This document shows positions 38,236 to 51,060 of a DNA stretch of 64,000 nucleotides, one piece after another. Numbering within the stretch: the stretch's first letter is position 1; each line of letters starts with the position of its first letter. Position numbers and translations under genes: made by a program. Under the pieces are notes generated by a model. The model ran no database searches and was not told where the DNA came from. It saw nothing but the letters and a program-made list of their open reading frames with translations. The DNA is from Rhynchobatus australiae (taxonomy: Eukaryota), in contig JAUZTB010000076.1 in the NCBI GenBank assembly GCA_034780895.1, positions 39,724,514 to 39,788,513 of the forward strand. The letters are read 5' to 3'.

Positions 38236-39349
38236 ATGAAGCAAAATTCTGGTCCTCACTTAAGAAAACTGCCTGCACTACACAGATTGAACAGATTTTA
38301 AAGGATAATAAACATTGGTCTTGCCAGTGATGCCCTTATGTGAAAACAAACCTATGTGAACTCCCATAAGAAAAGTTCACCCAAATTATTGGTGCTCTGA
38401 CAATGTAGCACTTTATAACCATTTTATATGATACCATGGTTTATGGAGGGGTTCAAACCCACAATCTATAATCACAGTGCCAGAAAACTGATAATTTAGA
38501 ATAACCTTAGGTGTCCCATTTTCCAAAGAAAACATACAGTTCTTAAAATTTTCTTTTCTTTCTGATACCTAGCATTCTCTTCTTGCTAATNNNNNNNNNN
38601 NNNNNNNNNNNNNNNNNNNNNNNNNNNNNNNNNNNNNNNNNNNNNNNNNNNNNNNNNNNNNNNNNNNNNNNNNNNNNNNNNNNNNNNNNNNNNNNNNNNN
38701 NNNNNNNNNNNNNNNNNNNNNNNNNNNNNNNNNNNNNNNNNNNNNNNNNNNNNNNNNNNNNNNNNNNNNNNNNNNNNNNNNNNNNNNNNNNNNNNNNNNN
38801 NNNNNNNNNNNNNNNNNNNNNNNNNNNNNNNNNNNNTCAAAGAGAAAAAGTGATAGAATGCGTTAATGGGATGAAAGGCAGCTCCCCTGGAAGATAAACA
38901 GCAGACCTTACATTGAACATCTTCAAGACTAAGGTCATATTAGAACTTGCCCCACTGTAACACATTGTTCTTCACCAATAAAGGTTCAAGAAGGGACCCT
39001 GGAAAGTGTAGATCCCGTCCCATACCTCAGGAGCTACCTCTTAGCAAAGGCAGACATTGGTTATAAAGTTCACCACTACCTTCAATGCACTAGCATAATC
39101 TTGGGTTGATTGAGGAAAGGGTATCTGAAGATTAGGACCTCAGACCAGGAATTTTTTGCCAGATCTATTAGGCAGCAGTCATTTCGGCCCCCCATATGCA
39201 TCTGAGAACTGAACTACTTACAATGGGCATCACAACATACTCAAAAAAGCTGTTGCCACAAAATCCCTCAAATTCACTGAAAGAATAAGCAAACCAACAT
39301 CAGTGTTCTCTTCTGGAAAGTATCCTCAATATAGTTGCCATAGTTACTC

Positions 39350-39950
39350 TTTACTTCCTGTGTTTCCTTCTCTCTCTCTCCTCCTGATCCTCCCATTTTT
39401 GTTCCTTTTCCCATAGCCCCTATGCAGCCCCTAACCATCCATTTTCATCCCCCCTCCTTGTTCCATCCACCTACTCCCTCACACTTCACCCACTGGATCC
39501 CCTCCCCCATCTGATTCCATTTGTCCTTCATCTCTCCCTTAATGATTCCCATCATCACCTTCTTTTCTCATCAGATCCCAGCACTTGTATTCTTTGCATT
39601 CCCACTTATCACCCTCCTCTCTTCCATCCCCTACAGCATCACAAGCCTTTTCTCTTCATTTTCTGCTTCCACCCATCAGCCACCTGTCTCCAATCTCCCA
39701 CCTGGCTCTTCTTGCCCATCACCTCCCACCCCTCCCTGATCCATTTATCACTTACTGGCCCGTGAATCACTCCTTCCTCTCCCCTCTTTACGCTGGTCAT
39801 CTTTGTTCTCCACTCTCAGTTCTGATGCAGGGTCTCCACCCAAAATATTGACAATTCCTTCCCCCACCCCTCTACACAGATTCTGTTCAACCCAGAGTTC
39901 CTCCAGCAGTTTGTTTTATGGCTCCAGATTCCAGCACCTGCAGCCTCATG
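39350..39950 (+). mobile_element. Penelope-like 3' terminal fragment
   Basis: Long pyrimidine-rich tract followed by tctgatgcagggtctccacccaaaat...ctccagcagtttgtttt...ccagattccagcacctgcag. Confidence 0.6.
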
Positions 39951-41063
39951 TCCCCTAATTACTCTTGGTTGGCTTTATTGAGTTGCCATGTTGTTTGCAC
40001 TCCATGCTCCAAGAAATGAAACTGTATTCAGACTTATGTCATAGAGTACTATAGAACAGAAACAGGCCCTTCGGCCCGCTTAGGCCATACCAGCCTGGTT
40101 TTCTGCCTAGTCCCAGCTACCTGTACCTGAACTACAGCCTTCCATACCTCTCTCATCCATGGACCAGTCCAAACTTCTCGTAAATGTTACAATTGAACCC
40201 ACATCTACCACTTCTGCTGGCAGTTCATTCCAAACTCTCACTTCTATGAGTGAAGAAGTTCCCCCCTCAGATTCCCCTTAAATATTTCACATTTCACCCT
40301 AAACCTATGACCTCTAGTTCTGATCTCACCCAACCCAAGAGGAAAAAGCCTGCATGCATTCACCCTATCTATACCCCTCATAATTTTGTATACCTCTCTA
40401 AGATCTCTCCTTATTCCCCGGAGCACAGGAAAATGATGTCCTAACCTATTCAACCTTTCCCTATAACTCAGGTCCTCAAGTCCCAGCAACATCCTTGTAA
40501 ATGTTCTCTTTGCTCTTTCAAGCTTATTAATATCTTTCTTGTAGGTAGGTGACCAGAACTGCACACAATACTTTAAATTTGGCCTCATCAACGTCTCATA
40601 CAACTTCAACATCCCAACTCCTATACTCAATGCCCTGATTTATGAAGGCCGAAGTGCCAAAAGCTCTCTTTACAACCCTATCTACTTGTGATGCCATTTC
40701 AAGGAATTATGGATCAGTATTCCCAGATCCCTTTGTTCTACTGCACACCTCAGTGCCCTACCATTCTCTGTACAGGTCTTACCCTCGTTTGTCCTCCCAT
40801 AGTGCATCACCTCACACTTGTCTGTATTAAATTCCATCTGCTATTTTCCAGCCCATTTTCCCAGCTGGTCCAGATCAATTTGCAAGCTTTGATAGCCTTC
40901 CTCACGGTCCACTATGCCCCTAATCTTGGTGTCATCCGCAAATCTGCTGTTCCAGTTTACCACATGCCTCCTTTTTCTTTACTAGGACCTCAATAACCAA
41001 GGTTCCGCAAACCAGTTATCCTTGCCTTTTATTCTAACAGGAACGTACAGATTCTGTACTCTC

Positions 41064-41256
41064 AGTGCCTGGGGTGGTGGTGGAGGCTGATACATTGGTC
41101 AAGTTCAAGAGATTGTTACAGAAGCATATGGAGGAATTTAAAATAGAGGGATATGTGGGAGGAAGGGGTTAGATAAGTCTTAGGTGTGGTTTGAAGGTTG
41201 GCACAACATGGTGGGCTGAAGGGCCTATATTGTGCTGTATTGTTCTATGGTTCTAA
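41064..41256 (+). mobile_element. 5'-truncated CR1 3' end inserted antisense within the larger CR1
   Basis: Ends gggctgaagggcctatattgtgctgtattgttctatggttcta; host sequence continues on both sides. Confidence 0.75.
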
Positions 41257-43045
41257 TATTTCACTTTTGAAGGCCTCCCACTCACCAAGATCTCTTTGCC
41301 AGGAAACAATCTATCCCAATGCATGCCTGCCAGACCCCTTCNNNNNNNNNNNNNNNNNNNNNNNNNNNNNNNNNNNNNNNNNNNNNNNNNNNNNNNNNNN
41401 NNNNNNNNNNNNNNNNNNNNNNNNNNNNNNNNNNNNNNNNNAGGAGATCCAGTGTCGTGCTCTCTCTAGTTGGCACCTCTACATATTGATTAAGGAAAAT
41501 TTCCTGAACACATTTGACAAACTCTATGCCATCCAGTCCTTTTAGAGTATGGGAGTCCCAGTCAATATGTGGAAAGTTAAAATCACCTATTATCACAACC
41601 TCTTATTTCTTGAAACTATCTGCTATCTGTCTACAAGTTTGCTCTTCTAAATCCCATTGACTATTGGGAGGTCTGTAATATAGTCCCATAAAGATGGTCA
41701 TCCCTTTTTTATTCCTCAGTTCTACCCAAATTGCCTTGGTAATCAAGCCCTCCAGTACGTCCTCTCTGAGCACTTCTGTGACATTTTCCCTGATAAGTAA
41801 TGCCACCCCTCCCCCTCTATCATGTCTAAAACAACAGAACCCCGGAACACTGAACTGCCAGTCTGTCCCTCCTGCAACCAAGTCTCACTAATGGCTACAA
41901 CATCATAATTCAACATATGGCTCCATGTTCTAAGTTCATCTGCCTTATCTACAATGCTCCTTGCATTGAAATAGACGCAATTCAGAACATTAGTCCCACC
42001 ATGCTCAACCTTTCAGTTTCCATCTTTGCTTATAGTCCTAACGTCTACTTTCCCCACAGCGTCTCCACTTGCTGCTCTGCCACCCTGGTTCCCACCCCCA
42101 CAAATCTAGTTTAAACCACTCCCCCCTCCCAAGCAGCACTAGCAAGCCTTCCCCCAAGGATATTGGGCCCCTCGAGTTCAGGTGCAAACCATCCCGTTTG
42201 TACAGATCCCACCTGCCTTGGAAGGGAGCCCAATGATGTAAGAATCTGAAGCCCTCCCTACTGCACCATCTGGTTAGTCATGTGTTAAACTAGACAATCT
42301 TCCCATTTCTTGCCTCACTAGCACATGGCATGGGCAGTTATCCTGAGATCAATTCCCCCTGGAGGTCCTACCTTTTAACTTAACACCTAACTCCCTGAAC
42401 TCATTTTGCAGGACCTCATCACTTTTCCTGCCTTTCATTGATACCAATGTGTACCACAACTTTTGGCTGCTCACCCTCCCCTTAAGAATGCTTATGGATT
42501 CGATCCGAGACATCTGACCCTGGCACCTGGGAGGCAACATACCATCCAAGACAGGTCTCCTGTCTGCTCCCTCGACCAATGAATCCCATCACTATCACTT
42601 GCCTCTTCTCNNNNNNNNNNNNNNNNNNNNNNNNNNNNNNNNNNNNNNNNNNNNNNNNNNNNNNNNNNNNNNNNNNNNNNNNNNNNNNNNNNNNNNCCCC
42701 CCCCCCCCCCCAACACCATCTAAAACAATACACTTGCTACTGAGGGGAACAGCCATGGGAGTACCCTGCACTTACTGCCTATTACCTTCCTGATGGTCAC
42801 CTAGCTACCTGCAACTTAGGTGTGACTGCTTCCCTGTAACTCGTCTATCAACCCCTCAGTCTCCCGAATGATTCGGAGGTCAACCAGCTCCAGATCCCTA
42901 ACACAGTCTGTAACGAGCTACAGCCAAATGCACTTCTCACAGGCGTAGTCATCAGGAACACTGGAGGTCTCCCTGACTTCCCACATCCTGCAAGAGGAGC
43001 ACACCACTGCCCTAGGTGTCATTCCCACAGCTCTACCTGTGCAAT

Positions 43046-43046
43046 A

Positions 43047-43084
<38 letters not shown>
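43046..43084. repeat. (GAAA)n microsatellite in the CR1 5' region
   Basis: About 9 tandem GAAA units. Confidence 0.95.
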
Positions 43085-43085
<1 letters not shown>

Positions 43086-45873
43086 CTTAACAGAACCTCA
43101 CCTTAGCCTCCACCTCTATTCGCCGAAGCCTCGAGTGAAAGCCTCAGCTCCCTACTCTAACACTGACCATTCCCACAATAGCTGCTCTGCTCAACCCCAA
43201 CTTCTTTTTATTGGGTTACTGCCAATTAGCTAATTAGCCAATCAATTATTACTAACAATATGCAAGTGTATCTCTTTAAGGGTCCTGCTCACTGAAACTG
43301 AACACAAAGCACAGAGACTCACCTCTTTTGAAATCTCCCGCCTCTCGTTCCAAGTCCCGGCTCCTGCTCACTGAAACTGAACACGTCTTGGGAAGAGATT
43401 ACCAGGCAGAGAGAGAAAGATTCAGAAATGTGCTCAAAGATTACTTAACGAATTGCAACATCCCAACTGACTCCTGTGAACTTCTGGCTTTTGATCTCTC
43501 AAAGTTGAACAGGAATAATCAGAATGGTGTTGAGGATCTTGAAAGTGAGCATTAGGAGTGCATGGAAGCCCTGCATAAGTGGCAGAAGGAGCTCACCACC
43601 TCATCAGCCACCGTCTGCCCCATCTGTGGAAGAATCTGATAATTAGGCCACATTAGCCTAATTAGCTATACGAGAACCCACAGAACAGTAGAAGAAGTCA
43701 TTCTTGATCCAGAGGTGCTACCTGGGAAGATGACAATGACTTAGATCAATTGTGCTAAGTAGCTTCCTCAGGTGCTACAAGTTATGTTTGTTTCTCCTCC
43801 CAAAAACATGGATTTTAAAACATTTAAACTCATTTCCTTCCATCTCTTCAATTTTTAATCCTTGCTCAATTGTGAATCACTCTACAGTTGTTCAAGTAGA
43901 ATAAATTCACTAGCTTCTATGTGGAGTCATGCAAGTGGTCAAATTGGACAAGCTTTATATACATCTCAACAGTGCACAAAATAGTTTTAATTAGAGAAAT
44001 AAACTACTCTCATCTACAGTTTCTTACAGATACATGTTGTTAACAATAGGATTGCAGAAAAATGAGCAGAATGATTACTCACAAGCTTTGGAAATGTTGA
44101 AATGAAACTAACCAACCAGAAAAGAAGATAAGAAGGCCTTTCTAAAACTTTGCCACATTGACCTTTAGTTGGGGCTGGTTGGAATGTTTAGGCAGAATTG
44201 GGGAGGAAGAGGAGGGGCAGGTTGGGGTGGTGGGGAGGAGAGAAGGTGTTCTCGTTAAAATAAAATGACAACTTAGTTTTATTGATTAAATTGCTGTATT
44301 GATGCCCTGCATATGGACCTCCATCTTTTTCTATGCAAAACCAGCAACTGTGGAAGGGATGTTAAACACACTGCCAGTGTTCTCCTCTCTGTACTTCTGA
44401 AATCCTGAAATGTGACAACACAGCCCTGGCCTCTGTCAATTCATTTTACTTTTGAAACTTTTCTGCTCCCTCAGTGGTTTATCCTTCCCTGAACCTTATC
44501 CCTCCCTAAATCCTGGAGCATCATCACCCCCTGCAGGCACAAGGGGGATTTCACTGCTGTCTTGTTAGTCTTCAAACGCAACAGAAAAGAAAAAAAGCAC
44601 AATGGGAACACTCCTGGTTTGACAGGAAAGAAAGTTTAAAAATCATTTCCTCAGCAGTCATGAACACTTTAGGTCATATTTGTATTACAAAAATGACTGG
44701 CTAAAGCTATTGTGATACTCTTTGTTTTTTTCATGCATTATACATAAGGCTCCAAAATAACTGGAATTATTATTTGCATATTAAATCAAGCAAACAGTGG
44801 CTGGCAGATCAGAAGAGATCAACAGACATTCAGCCACTCACAGGTACAGACATCCTGGTCTCACATGGCCTCAAGTCTGGAGCAACAGATGCTAGTGCAT
44901 TTATCACTCTGTAGTTAGATTCCAGTCATGGAGCACAATCATACCGAAATCCTCCAACATTTTGTTATGGAATTCTNNNNNNNNNNNNNNNNNNNNNNNN
45001 NNNNNNNNNNNNNNNNNNNNNNNNNNNNNNNNNNNNNNNNNNNNNNNNNNNNNNNNNNNNNNNNNNNNNNNNNNNNNNNNNNNNNNNNNNNNNNNNNNNN
45101 NNNNNNNNNNNNNNNNNNNNNNNNNNNNNNNNNNNNNNNNNNNNNNNNNNNNNNNNNNNNNNNNNNNNNNNNNNNNNNNNNNNNNNNNNNNNNNNNNNNN
45201 NNNNNNNNNNNNNNNNNNNNNNNNNNNNNNNNNNNNNNNNNNNNNNNNNNNNNNNNNNNNNNNNNNNNNNNNNNNNNNNNNNNNNNNNNNNNNNNNNNNN
45301 NNNNNNNNNNNNNNNNNNNNNNNNNNNNNNNNNNNNNNNNNNNNNNNNNNNNNNNNNNNNNNNNNNNNNNNNNNNNNNNNNNNNNNNNNNNNNNNNNNNN
45401 NNNNNNNNNNNNNNNNNNNNNNNNNNNNNNNNNNNNNNNNNNNNNNNNNNNNNNNNNNNNNNNNNNNNNNNNNNNNNNNNNNNNNNNNNNNNNNNNNNNN
45501 NNNNNNNNNNNNNNNNNNNNNNNNNNNNNNNNNNNNNNNNNNNNNNNNNNNNNNNNNNNNNNNNNNNNNNNNNNNNNNNNNNNNNNNNNNNNNNNNNNNN
45601 NNNNNNNNNNNNNNNNNNNNNNNNNNNNNNNNNNNNNNNNNNNNNNNNNNNNNNNNNNNNNNNNNNNNNNNNNNNNNNNNNNNNNNNNNNNNNNNNNNNN
45701 NNNNNNNNNNNNNNNNNNNNNNNNNNNNNNNNNNNNNNNNNNNNNNNNNNNNNNNNNNNNNNNNNNNNNNAAAATACATACGCTGAAAGGTAGAGTAAAA
45801 TGCAATACAAGCTGATTAGAAACTGAACAATATATAGTGATAGATTATAATTGCTACATCTTCAGTTTCTTAC

Positions 45874-45933
45874 CTGATTATAGAATGTTTCAAGAGGAGT
45901 AACTGATGTCTGAACAAAAGTTGGTGCTGGTAC
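45874..45933 (-). CDS. RAVER2: RAVER2 small internal exon (candidate)
   Basis: Acceptor tttttgctgtttag| and donor cag|gtaaga; 60 bp, open, phase 0-0 as the chain requires. Reads VPAPTFVQTSVTPLETFYNQ. Supported by splice signals only. Confidence 0.55.
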
Positions 45934-46849
45934 CTAAACAGCAAAAATACAATATCTAAAAACAGATAAATGTGAAACCTAACAAGTAAGGAAATAATAA
46001 ATTGCAGTAAGACAAAAATGTTTTTTCAATATAAGGAGGCTGAAGGGCAAGAGATGAGGACTTAAAATAAATAATTTCAAAGTAAAACCAGAAGAGAGTT
46101 TGATGAGTGAACATAGGCTACATTTCATTGTCATGAAGGGTTCATAACTGATTTTCTCATTAGTGCAGAACTTATTAATCAGAGAAATCTTGAGGCATTA
46201 CAAGTTGGCTTAGCATCAGTCAGAATGAGATAGGAAAATGCTAAAGTGCCGGTGTGTGAACATCAGGTAATTTAACCATTTGCCACAGTGCACCCTTCCA
46301 GCCCAGACAAACACATTGCCATTATTCATGCACGAGTTGAAATGGAATCTGTTAGCAATGTTTAAGATAAAGACATTAGAAGGCCAATTCTGCTTCTGCA
46401 AGCAAAACATGAGACACTTTTATCAGTTACAATAACCTCTCTTTTGAAGGAAGTGAAAGATAAAGTACTGGTAGTTCTATAAAATCTTGTTCTTTTTTAA
46501 AAAGTCGCTTTCCATGAACTCTGGAAATCCAAATGCTTTATAGCTAATGAAGTACTTTAAGTGTAGACACTGCCTTAATTTAGGAAATGCAACAGAATTT
46601 ACAGACAGCAAACTTCTTCAAACAGCAATATAATAATGAGCGAGCATCTACCGTTTTAACAATGTTGATCAAATGATAAATACTGGCCAGAGAAGCAAGC
46701 ATAATTGTCATGCTTTTCCTTGAAATAATGACTTAAGACTTTTACTTTAGTGAGCAGATATGGTCTCAGTTTGATGTTTCATTTTACAATGTATCTGACA
46801 ATTTCATTTGACCAATTGCTAACACTGTTTCTTTGTTTCTAATGTTTCT

Positions 46850-48268
46850 TTAAGATGGGAAACGGGCATAATCCTGGAAATTATTGACTGGTAAGTCTCA
46901 AGTCTGTGGTAGGGAAGCTCTCGGAGAGGATTCTTAGGGATAGGACGAGCATTTGGAAAACCATGGCCTAATTAGGGATAGTCAACATGGCTTTCTGCGG
47001 GGTAGGTCACACCTTACTAACATGATTGGCTTTTGAGAGGAGGTAACAAAGGTGATTAATGAAGGTACAGCAGTGGACATTGACTACATGGACTTGACAT
47101 TCAGCAAGGACCCTCATGGTAGTCTGATCCAGATTAAGATGCATGGGATCCATGGCGACTTGGCTTTTGGATTCAGAATTGGCTTGCCCATAGAAGACAG
47201 AGGGTGGTGATCAATGAGTCCATTCTGGCTGGTGATCTATGACTAGAGGTGTTCCGCAGGGATCCATACTGGGATCTCTGCTGAATGGTGATATATGTAA
47301 ATGATTTGGATGAAAACGTGAATGAGTGGGTTAGTAAGTTTGCTGATGACACAAAGATTGATGGCTTTGCAGATAGTACAGAAGAATGCCAAAGGATACA
47401 ACAGGATATAAATCAGTTGCAGATAAGGGTGGAGGAATGACAGATCGAGTTTAATCCAATCAAGTATGACGTGTTGCACTTTGGGATATCAAATGCAGAG
47501 ACAAAGTACACAGTCAATGGAAGTACCCTGAACAGCATTGATAAAGAGAGGGATCTGGGGTCTAAGTCCACAGCTTCCTGAAAGTGGCCACACAGGTTGA
47601 AAAGGTGGTAAAGATAGCATATGGCATGCTTGCTTTTATTAGTCCAGGCAATGAGTTCAAGAGTCAGGAAGTTATAATGCAGTTTTATAAAACTTTAGTT
47701 AGGCTGCATCTGGAGTACTGCATTCAATTCTGGTTGCCCCCATTATCGGAAGGTTGTGGAGGCTTTGGAGAGGGTACAGAAGAGGTTTACCAGGATGCTG
47801 TCTGGATTAGAGGACATATGCTATAAGGAGAGGCTGGACAAACTAAGGTTGTGTTCTCTGGAGCAGTGGAGGCTGAGGGGAGATTTGATAGAGGTTTATA
47901 AAATTATGGTGGGCATAAATGGAGTAGATAGCTGGTATCTTTTTCCCAGGATGGAAATGTCTAATGCAAGAGGGCATGCATTTAGGATAAGAAAGGGAAA
48001 ATTCAACGGAGATGTGCAGGGCAAGTTTTCTTTTCATATCGAGAGTGGTGGTGTCTGGAATACATTACCAGTGGTGGTAGTGGAGGTAGATACGAAAGAG
48101 GTAGTTAAGAGGCTCTTAGATAGGCACATGAATATGCAGAGAATGGAGGGATATGGATCACATGCAGGCAGAAGGGATTAGTTTAATTAGGTCATTAGCT
48201 TAATTAGTTCTGCACAACATCGTGGGCTGAAGGGCCCATTCCTGTGTTGTACTGTTCAATGTTCTAAT
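46850..48268 (+). mobile_element. CR1 LINE, RT and 3' end
   Basis: GVPQGSILG, SKFADDTKI, FYKTLVRLHLEYCIQFW, LERVQKRFTRM, RLRGDLIEVYKIM; frameshifted. Confidence 0.9.
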
Positions 48269-49739
48269 GTAGCACTCAGATAAATTAGAACGTCAGCCTA
48301 CATTTTTGTGCTCAAGTCTTTGAAGTGGGAATTGAACAGATCACTTTTTAATTCAAAGGCAAGAGCCCAGCTGGGACAAAGTGAAGTTGTATGAATTTGA
48401 TAATACTGCTTTGAAAAGGTTGTGCAATTTGTTTTATACAAGAGATGGAGAAGAAGCATTCTACTTTTCCCAGGAGCAATTCCAAAAGATGACTCCTTCC
48501 AAATTATCAGCTACGTTTAGGGACATTGCGCATTCTCAAGAGTCTTTTGGATAAACTGTCCTTTAGGGCATAAGGTGTCAAAGCAGTAATTCAGATTCAA
48601 TTATGAATCATTTTTATTATTAGGCAACAGATTCAGTGTTTGAGTGGATTTTGTGTGAAATTATCATTGGTCCTAAAGGTTTACAGCACCAGCAAAAATT
48701 CCCATTTACCTACCATTGTCACACCCTCTCCCAAGCTAAAGCACACAGACACCATGACAGAATTTTAGAGTGTTTGTAAATAATGACAACAGAGCATATT
48801 GGAGCAATAGTGAGGAGTTGAACCGAAATCAAATAATTTCTGACCTGAACCACAACATCACAACAAAATTGCTGAATGGAACCCAATTGAAATTTTACTT
48901 GCCTCACATTGTTCTTTTCCACACTCTGGAACAAATGGCTCAGAAGAGTTATGTGATGAAATAGAATTCTGGCACCACTGTTGCATGATATCCTACCAAC
49001 ATATAAATAGTTTCACTATTCCCAGACTGAAGAAAAAAAATGGTGGCTTTTAATTATCTTTCATAATGTAACAAAGTTCCATCATCAATAGCAATCATTT
49101 ATAAATAACCATGTAAAAGGTGTAGTTAAAATACCAATGTAGCAAAGCATATTGATAAGAAACCAGCTATAATAAAAAAAACAGCTAGAATTCATTTAGA
49201 TCAATGCAAATGACACTCCAAATTGGAGTATTCTGCATTATGAATCAAAGATCAAGTTTAAGCAGCGTGAAAAGCAGACCCTTGCACTTGTACAGCTCAT
49301 AAGAAAAATTCTAGGTTTTCTCTTCATATTCAAAATTCATGATAACATCACCTTAACATGAAAATTTAAGACTTTATAAAGTTGAGAATACCTTGCATCA
49401 AGTTCGGTTCTGCATTGAAAGAAGGCTAGATGTTTATGTGAGGGTCAATTCACGTTGACTAGAAAAGCAAATACTTGGAAAAATTGAATATTTTTCTAAA
49501 AAGATTACAACACTCTTTGATGCAAGTCCTTAAAAATTAAAGAATTGGTTGGGGAGACACAGAACTGCCAGATCTTCCCCGCATTACATTTGATGGCAAG
49601 TCAGTTTCTCCATTTGAAAACTGACATTTACTGTAAATTTTTGTTCTTGATGTAGACAAAATATAGGGTTAAAAAAACCATGGGCTTCAACAGTTCAGAG
49701 AGGGAGTCAGAACTCAAATACATTTCTGGGTGGGATGGA

Positions 49740-50280
49740 TATTGGCTCAATGGAGTTCAGAAGGATTGGAGAGGGTGGGGGATGGAATTTCATTGAAACC
49801 TACCTAATACTGAAAGGCCTGGATAGAGTGGACATGGAGAAGATATTTCCACTGGTAGGAGTCCAGGATCAAGAGGGCACAGCCTCAGAATAAAAGGATG
49901 GCCCTTTAGAACTGAGATGAGGAGGAATCTTCAGCCAGAGGATGGTGAATCTGTGGAATTTGTTACCATGGAGGGCTGACGAGGCCAAGTCATTAGGTCT
50001 ATTTAAGACAGAGATTGNNNNNNNNNNNNNNNNNNNNNNNNNNNNNNNNNNNNNNNNNNNNNNNNNNNNNNNNNNNNNNNNNNNNNNNNNNNNNNNNNNN
50101 NNNNNNNNNNNNNNNNNACAGAGATTGATAGGCTCATGATTGGTAAGAGGGTTAAGGGTTACGGGAAGGCGGCAGGAGAATGAGGTTGAGAGTTTAAAAA
50201 AAACACAGCCATGATTGAAAATGGTGGAGCAGAGCCAATGGGCCAAATGGCTTAATTCTGCTCACATACGTTATGGATGG
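49740..50280 (+). mobile_element. CR1 LINE 3' end (spans a gap)
   Basis: RTEMRRN..QRMVNLWNLLP followed by a gggccaaatggcttaattctgctc tail. Confidence 0.8.
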
Positions 50281-50884
50281 TCATTTATATTTCAATGAAG
50301 TCTGCATAATATTGACCACCATTTAAATATCTTCTAACAAAATGAAGGGCAGCAATGTGAACCATAAGAAGTGAACTAACTGTTGAACATTAATAGACTG
50401 TTGGAGTTGAAAGTAATTTTTTCGCAGATCTTTTGGGATGTTCAATGTCCAAAGTCTATCACATTCAACAGTAGAACGATATTGGAAAATGGAACATATT
50501 GGTAATGTAGGAAGAAAACAGTTTATATGGAATTTTTTTTCTTTAATGATACTTTTCCTTTGTACAATTTTCAGTTAATTTCTCTATGGCACATATATCA
50601 ACCTATTTGTTACATGAAGTGCTGAGGATCACAACATTACAAGAGAGCAACTATATGTGCAAGCAATTGTATTGCATCCACCATTCCCAAATAAGATGGA
50701 CAGATTTGGATGAGTTCTATTCAGCACAATTTCTGTTTTAAAATAAATGCATATCTAAATCACTCTTTAAAATGTAGGAAAAAACTGTTTGGACTAATGA
50801 CCACTGCCCTTGGAACAAAAGGAAAACTACAGTTAAAGGCGATCTTGACAAGCAATTAATACAGATGGCCATTTGTGACACTAC

Positions 50885-51060
50885 CTGTGTGTATTCGCCA
50901 TAGCTGGGTGCATACGTAGTATAGCAGTCAAACATGCACTGTGAAGTAGATGTCTGCAGCTTTTCTGAGGCTATGGATGCCCTGGAAATGGCTGGATTCA
51001 TTATGGATTCCAGAACTGCACCATGCTGTTGTACAGGAGTATGCCTATTAGCATTTCCAA
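50885..51060 (-). CDS. RAVER2: RAVER2 internal exon
   Basis: Acceptor aatcctttcag| and donor cag|gtagtg; 176 bp, phase 1-0. Reads (V)GNANRHTPVQQHGAVLESIMNPAISRASIASEKLQTSTSQCMFDCYTTYAPSYGEYTQ; the end matches RAVER2 CIAYSPPFGDYAQ. Confidence 0.82.

Larger units (their letters stand above)
40038..43384 (-). mobile_element. Near-full-length, internally deleted CR1 LINE
   Basis: In order on -: 5' UTR, ORF1 Zn-finger (VCSSCRMWEV...YACEKC), ORF1 esterase-like region (MVCCLPGARV), APE endonuclease (RGGGVALLI, GLYYRPPN, IIGDFNFPHIDW), RT end (LYETLMRPNLKYCVQFWSP), 3' tail. Confidence 0.88.
38940..43740 (+). mobile_element. RTE LINE 3' region split into three pieces (about 38940-39350, 39955-40040, 43385-43740) by nested insertions
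   Basis: The reading ...KLYSDLCH at about 40020-40042 resumes after the CR1 as GKRLPGR, ERFRNVLKDYLTNCNIPTDSCELLAFD, a typical RTE C-terminus. Confidence 0.65.

Noticed and set aside
44085-44250. Strong minus-strand donor-like gtgagtaat, and exon-like segments at about 48710-48845, 49390-49460 and 34613-35127
   Set aside because: Wrong phase or in-frame stops relative to the RAVER2 chain, and no homology.
46200-46440. Repeat-free, enhancer-looking intronic stretch
   Set aside because: Conservation cannot be judged without an alignment; no support from the sequence alone.
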